DNA of 64,000 bases from Candidatus Heimdallarchaeota archaeon (GTDB lineage: Archaea > Asgardarchaeota > Heimdallarchaeia > JABLTI01), in assembly GCA_018238155.1 (NCBI GenBank), contig JABCTZ010000025.1:32001-96000 (forward strand). Direction: 5' to 3'. Shown here in pieces: positions 59,927 to 64,000 of the stretch. A model generated the notes under the pieces. It was not told the DNA's origin, made no database searches, and was given only the letters and a program-made list of their open reading frames with translations. Every line of letters starts with the position of its first letter. The first letter of the stretch is position 1. The translations under genes and the position numbers were made by a program.

Positions 59927-60889
59927 TCACTTATTTCGTTTTACTCGTGCAATAACAGCAATTAATCCTATAGCCGGAATAATCGCTAGCAAAGCAAAAT
60001 TTCCAGTTAAAGATTTAAGAGAACCAAGAATCATCGTTGAAGTTATTGTAACATGCGTAATAAGATCATCATAAGTAGATTGAGTATCTACTTTATAGAC
60101 TGCTTTTTGTAACACTCCACCCTCAGAGTACGAAAATTCAAGTGAGGTTGTATAAATATCAAAGAGATAATTATTATCATATCCTGCTGTAGAATTGTAT
60201 GTTTGATCATATATTTTTCCAGTGAAATCAAATTTAATGGAAAATTTAGTGGTTGTATCAGTGAATTTGGTTATAGATTTATTTAAATTATTTTTTACTC
60301 CTTGAATATTTATCATAGAAGAATTTCCAAAGACATCGCTCAAAGTATAATTATAGAGAATAGGTTCATATGGATCAGATACTGTATCAACAATTTCTGA
60401 TAGATTGAATAATTCAGCAAAACCAGTATTTATTTCTGCCCAATCAGATTCGATTAATACAAATGGTTCAATGTAAAAACCAAATTCATACAATACTGTT
60501 TGATTAGTTTCATAATTCCAATCGAATTCAACATTCATTGAAGTATCTAAAGGTAGATTATCCTCAACAAACTCATCTGCACCATAATTAAGATTTTCAC
60601 GTAGAAGAGTAGTTGTTGTATCTGAGACATAAGCATCATACTCTTTATCTATTGTATCAATTGCTGTAAGATTATATTTAATCTCAGTGTCAAATTCCAT
60701 TTTGTTATAAGAACTTACACCTTCTTTACTATTAATTTTCTCAGTTTCAACTATATATTGTTCAGACCAAATGAAAATCTCACCTGCATTCCATTCGCGA
60801 GTAGCTGCATTGCCACTTGAAATATTGGAGAATAGAAGCGTGAAAGCAATCATATTCAACATCAAAATAATTTGTAATTTTCGATTCAT
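59927..60889 (-). CDS. Secreted beta-rich protein with C-terminal TM anchor
   Basis: Signal peptide, YSEGGVL motif, TM + RVKRNK; probable start ATG 60889. Confidence 0.7.
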   Translation of the reverse strand: MNRKLQIILMLNMIAFTLLFSNISSGNAATREWNAGEIFIWSEQYIVETEKINSKEGVSSYNKMEFDTEIKYNLTAIDTIDKEYDAYVSDTTTTLLRENLNYGADEFVEDNLPLDTSMNVEFDWNYETNQTVLYEFGFYIEPFVLIESDWAEINTGFAELFNLSEIVDTVSDPYEPILYNYTLSDVFGNSSMINIQGVKNNLNKSITKFTDTTTKFSIKFDFTGKIYDQTYNSTAGYDNNYLFDIYTTSLEFSYSEGGVLQKAVYKVDTQSTYDDLITHVTITSTMILGSLKSLTGNFALLAIIPAIGLIAVIARVKRNK

Positions 60890-61256
60890 GAGATACACTC
60901 CTCAATACAATAACAGAAGAGAATGTCTATTTAAAGACTTTCCAAACTAAATAATAAAAAGACCTCAAAACTCCTAAACGATTTGAATAAGTTTTGTATT
61001 CATTAAAAATAGTTTGTTTTTAATTTCAAACATTGAAAAAATTCTAAGTTAAACCAAATGAAAACATTCTAAATAATAACAAGGGATGAATTACCGTTCC
61101 TTTTTTGATTGCTAGAATAACATTAATTCATATTGAGATTAATTTCATACAAGGAATAAAAAAAAATTTCAATTTTATTAATAACTCACTTAATTATTCA
61201 TATTAAGAAAAAAAGATTAAAAGAGATTATGATTAATGTGGAAGATATAATCTCTC

Positions 61257-63044
61257 TTATTTTCTTCTTTTTAGGAAGAATACTTGGGTCGCTCCAGTCA
61301 GAGCGAGGATACTCAAAACAATACCTAATCCAATGCCACCAGTTTTTGTAATAGTAACATCGAAGCCAGCATCTTTCATATGTTGTAAAGCTAAGTCAAT
61401 ATTGAATTCGTAGAATGGTAAATCTTCGTCAAAACCAACAGAGGCTTTAGGCCAGTGAGTTACTCCAGGAATACCTAAACCTTCGAGGATTTCTTCACAG
61501 ATGATTTCACGAGGAATCATATGACTAATTGCTTTGCGAACATGTTTGCCTGATTCTGCACCTGCAATTGGGCAAAGACTTCCAGTACCAAGATAGGAAT
61601 GATACATATTGATAGCCATTTCTTGGTTTCCAGGATCATCAACTAAAGTATAGGTTGCACTTGCAATATTCATTTCACTGATCATTGCTTTGAAGTTGTA
61701 ATCTACCATATCAATTACACCAGATGCAAGAGCTGATAATCCACCTTCTTTTGAACCGTAGAACTCAAAGAAAACATCGTCAAATTTTGGATCTGCACCA
61801 TACCAGTCTGCAAAATATTCATTGCTCTTTAGATGGATAACTTGGTTTGTTGGGTCATAATCATGTAAGTAATATGGTCCAGAACCAACAAAATTCTCTG
61901 GATGGTCTACAGCCCATGAAACAGCTTGTGCAGCATGATCTGCAGGAGCAATAGAACCCCAAATGTGTTCTGGGAGTAAATAGCCGGCTAAATTGCTTTC
62001 TTGGAAAACGTATGTACGTAAGAATTCGATTGTAAATTCAGTGTCACTGATTTTGGTAATAGAGCTATTGTCCCAGTAAAGGGTATTAAATGAATAAGTA
62101 GTGTGTCCCAATGATGCGGTAACGCCCAACTTATAAGAATAGATAACATCATCAACTGTGATAGCTGTACCATCAGACCATTTGGCATCAGGATTAATGT
62201 TAACTGAATAAGTTAAACCATCTGTGCTGCTAAAATCAGTAGCAATTCTAGGACCGTATGCGTAATTATTTGTTGGATCTCTTTGGATCAATCCATTGTA
62301 GATTTGTGTTAGCCATTGAGCGTCATAAACTGATTCATATAATAATGGATGGAAGTCTTCAAAGTCTGCGGGAGTAGCATAATGAAATTCTGTTTCACCG
62401 GCAATTTCCCATTTTTCCATTGGTTGGTACTCTGAAGCCCAGAGAAGTGGATCCCAACCGCTTAAATCTTCTGTGTGTGGGAAGAGGGAAGTTTCGTACA
62501 CTATTGCAATACTTGGTTGATCTTCAAGAAGTAAAGCTTGGATTTCTTTTGCATAATCCATTCTGTCCGCAAAAACGAATGCTTGAGAATAGTTGCCGAT
62601 AAGATTATCCATTTCTGTGTTTTCGTATTGGTAAAAATTATCACCTGAAGGGGTTAAGCCATCAGATGTAAAAACTCCTTGTGGATCAAAATCAAGTCCC
62701 CAACCGTTTCCTACAAATAAAATGTCAAATCCGCCCTCGGCATAATTTGGCACTGGATAAGGTCCTGGGTGTCCCCAAGTTCGAGGACTTATTTGTGCCC
62801 ATCCGGTGTGGTCAAAAACATCTATTTCAATACCAATCTTAGGTAGTTGTTCTACCATGAGAGTTGCCCATTGATTTCTCGCTGGATTGGTATTTGGCGC
62901 TAAAATACTGATACTAAAGAATGGTCCTGGATTAGCTGCTTGTGTTTGAGTGGTCAAAAATGGTGTTACACTTAAACATAATAAAATTGCTAAGGGAAGG
63001 ATCATTCGTTTTATATCTGTCTTGATTAGTTTTATTTTTTTCAC
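61257..63044 (-). CDS. ABC substrate-binding protein, family 5, circularly permuted, C-terminal TM anchor
   Basis: KIGIEID, DRMDY..IQ..L.EDQP come before DGLTY..KWSDG, GSGPY, VRKAIS; start uncertain (GTG 63044 or ATG 63005). Confidence 0.88.
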   Translation of the reverse strand: MKKIKLIKTDIKRMILPLAILLCLSVTPFLTTQTQAANPGPFFSISILAPNTNPARNQWATLMVEQLPKIGIEIDVFDHTGWAQISPRTWGHPGPYPVPNYAEGGFDILFVGNGWGLDFDPQGVFTSDGLTPSGDNFYQYENTEMDNLIGNYSQAFVFADRMDYAKEIQALLLEDQPSIAIVYETSLFPHTEDLSGWDPLLWASEYQPMEKWEIAGETEFHYATPADFEDFHPLLYESVYDAQWLTQIYNGLIQRDPTNNYAYGPRIATDFSSTDGLTYSVNINPDAKWSDGTAITVDDVIYSYKLGVTASLGHTTYSFNTLYWDNSSITKISDTEFTIEFLRTYVFQESNLAGYLLPEHIWGSIAPADHAAQAVSWAVDHPENFVGSGPYYLHDYDPTNQVIHLKSNEYFADWYGADPKFDDVFFEFYGSKEGGLSALASGVIDMVDYNFKAMISEMNIASATYTLVDDPGNQEMAINMYHSYLGTGSLCPIAGAESGKHVRKAISHMIPREIICEEILEGLGIPGVTHWPKASVGFDEDLPFYEFNIDLALQHMKDAGFDVTITKTGGIGLGIVLSILALTGATQVFFLKRRK

Positions 63045-63446
63045 CCTAATAATAGTCTTGGTCTCATGACCAGAGGTTCTCATGTAGAGAACCATAGAAG
63101 GTATTCTCATATAGATATTTAAATGTGTTACACAAATCTGAGAATAAATGGACAAATATTTGAGAATAGAATTCCCACAATATTGAGAAATGTCTGATTC
63201 GTTATAAAGAAAACTCTTCTTTTTTTGAAAAAAAGCTCATTTAAAGATTAAACATTTAAGTTCAAATTGATACACTGCATAAAAACAAATAGCAGTTAAG
63301 TATTGATAATTTTAAGTTTCAAAAAAACGCTCTTAACATCAAGAAATTGGTGATATTAGAGCGGTATTTCTAGAGAGAAAAGAAGATTTAATTATTTAAG
63401 CAGAAATTTAAACAAAGTACTCAGTTGAAACTTTGGAGTTCATTTA

Positions 63447-64000
63447 ATGGAATCACAAGATTTAGTTACGTTTAAACCAACAATTATTAAAATGGTTGAT
63501 GCAAAAACATTTGGTGCTTTTACGGATGAACACCTGACGGCAGTACTGGGTTTTCTCAGAATTTCGAATTCAATGACTATAACCGATTTGGCTTTGGCGT
63601 TTAAGAATCAAGGGATTATCAAATCAGAATCTACAATTTACAGGTACATTCAAAAATTAATTGAAAAAGATTTAGTAACGAAATCGGGTAAACGTATTAC
63701 AAGTACAAGTCCTGAAGAAGTTAGAAGTGAAACGCTCTATTGTCGTACTGCCCGTGTTTTTATTGAAAAGTCAAGCATTTTAGACCTTGTTGAAGATCAA
63801 CAGGATATATCGTGCAATATTTGTAATTTAAGTGCACAATTATTACAACAGCTTTTCTCTAAAAACAATTTATCCTCAAAATGTTTTTCCAGAATAATTG
63901 GCAAAATAGAACATCAGAGGATTAAACTATTTACTAAATTAATAGAGACTGCTGATCAATCCGTTCTTGATCAATTTGATGATATTAGCTTTGAACAAGT
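63447..64000 (+). CDS. Winged-helix (ArsR-like) transcriptional regulator, 3' partial
   Basis: Manual translation MESQDLVTFKP...KSESTIYRYIQKLIEKDLV..SGKRI...ETLYCRTARVF; runs off the window. Confidence 0.8.
   Translation, partial: MESQDLVTFKPTIIKMVDAKTFGAFTDEHLTAVLGFLRISNSMTITDLALAFKNQGIIKSESTIYRYIQKLIEKDLVTKSGKRITSTSPEEVRSETLYCRTARVFIEKSSILDLVEDQQDISCNICNLSAQLLQQLFSKNNLSSKCFSRIIGKIEHQRIKLFTKLIETADQSVLDQFDDISFEQ

Noticed and set aside
1-64000. Genome-wide TGA recoding
   Set aside because: Many intact genes end at TGA at the expected C-termini (for example 1533, 16520, 18907, 25473).

Overview
AT-rich, gene-dense window with archaeal-type promoters and frequent TTG/GTG starts. It most likely comes from an Asgard archaeon (Heimdallarchaeia-like); this is inferred from the gene content (uDENN/longin-like, TPR-longin, gelsolin-like-RING, V4R, LVIVD and FG-GAP surface proteins with C-terminal anchors). 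It holds about 50 CDS: TldD/PmbA, two-component signalling, ABC transport, several regulators, a tyrosine recombinase and surface proteins. I saw no rRNA, tRNA or CRISPR array. Highlights: (1) repeated 3'-end-replacement insertion scars, where new genes sit between an intact gene and a decayed second allele of its own 3' end, including a fossil convergent gene junction at 50056-50390; (2) a protein that aligns by eye along its length with eukaryotic N-myristoyltransferase; (3) an internally permuted asparaginase fused to a class I glutamine amidotransferase; (4) a gelsolin-like-zinc ribbon-RING protein; (5) a V4R + uDENN/longin + TPR-longin cluster reminiscent of TRAPP building blocks; (6) a CBS protein with a ~490-aa EAAAK-like helical tail coupled to a cation/proton antiporter; (7) circularly permuted family-5 solute-binding proteins; (8) a Cys-insert tyrosine recombinase + wHTH pair splitting a kinase-response regulator operon. 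All family calls come from motif recognition by eye; no database searches were run.
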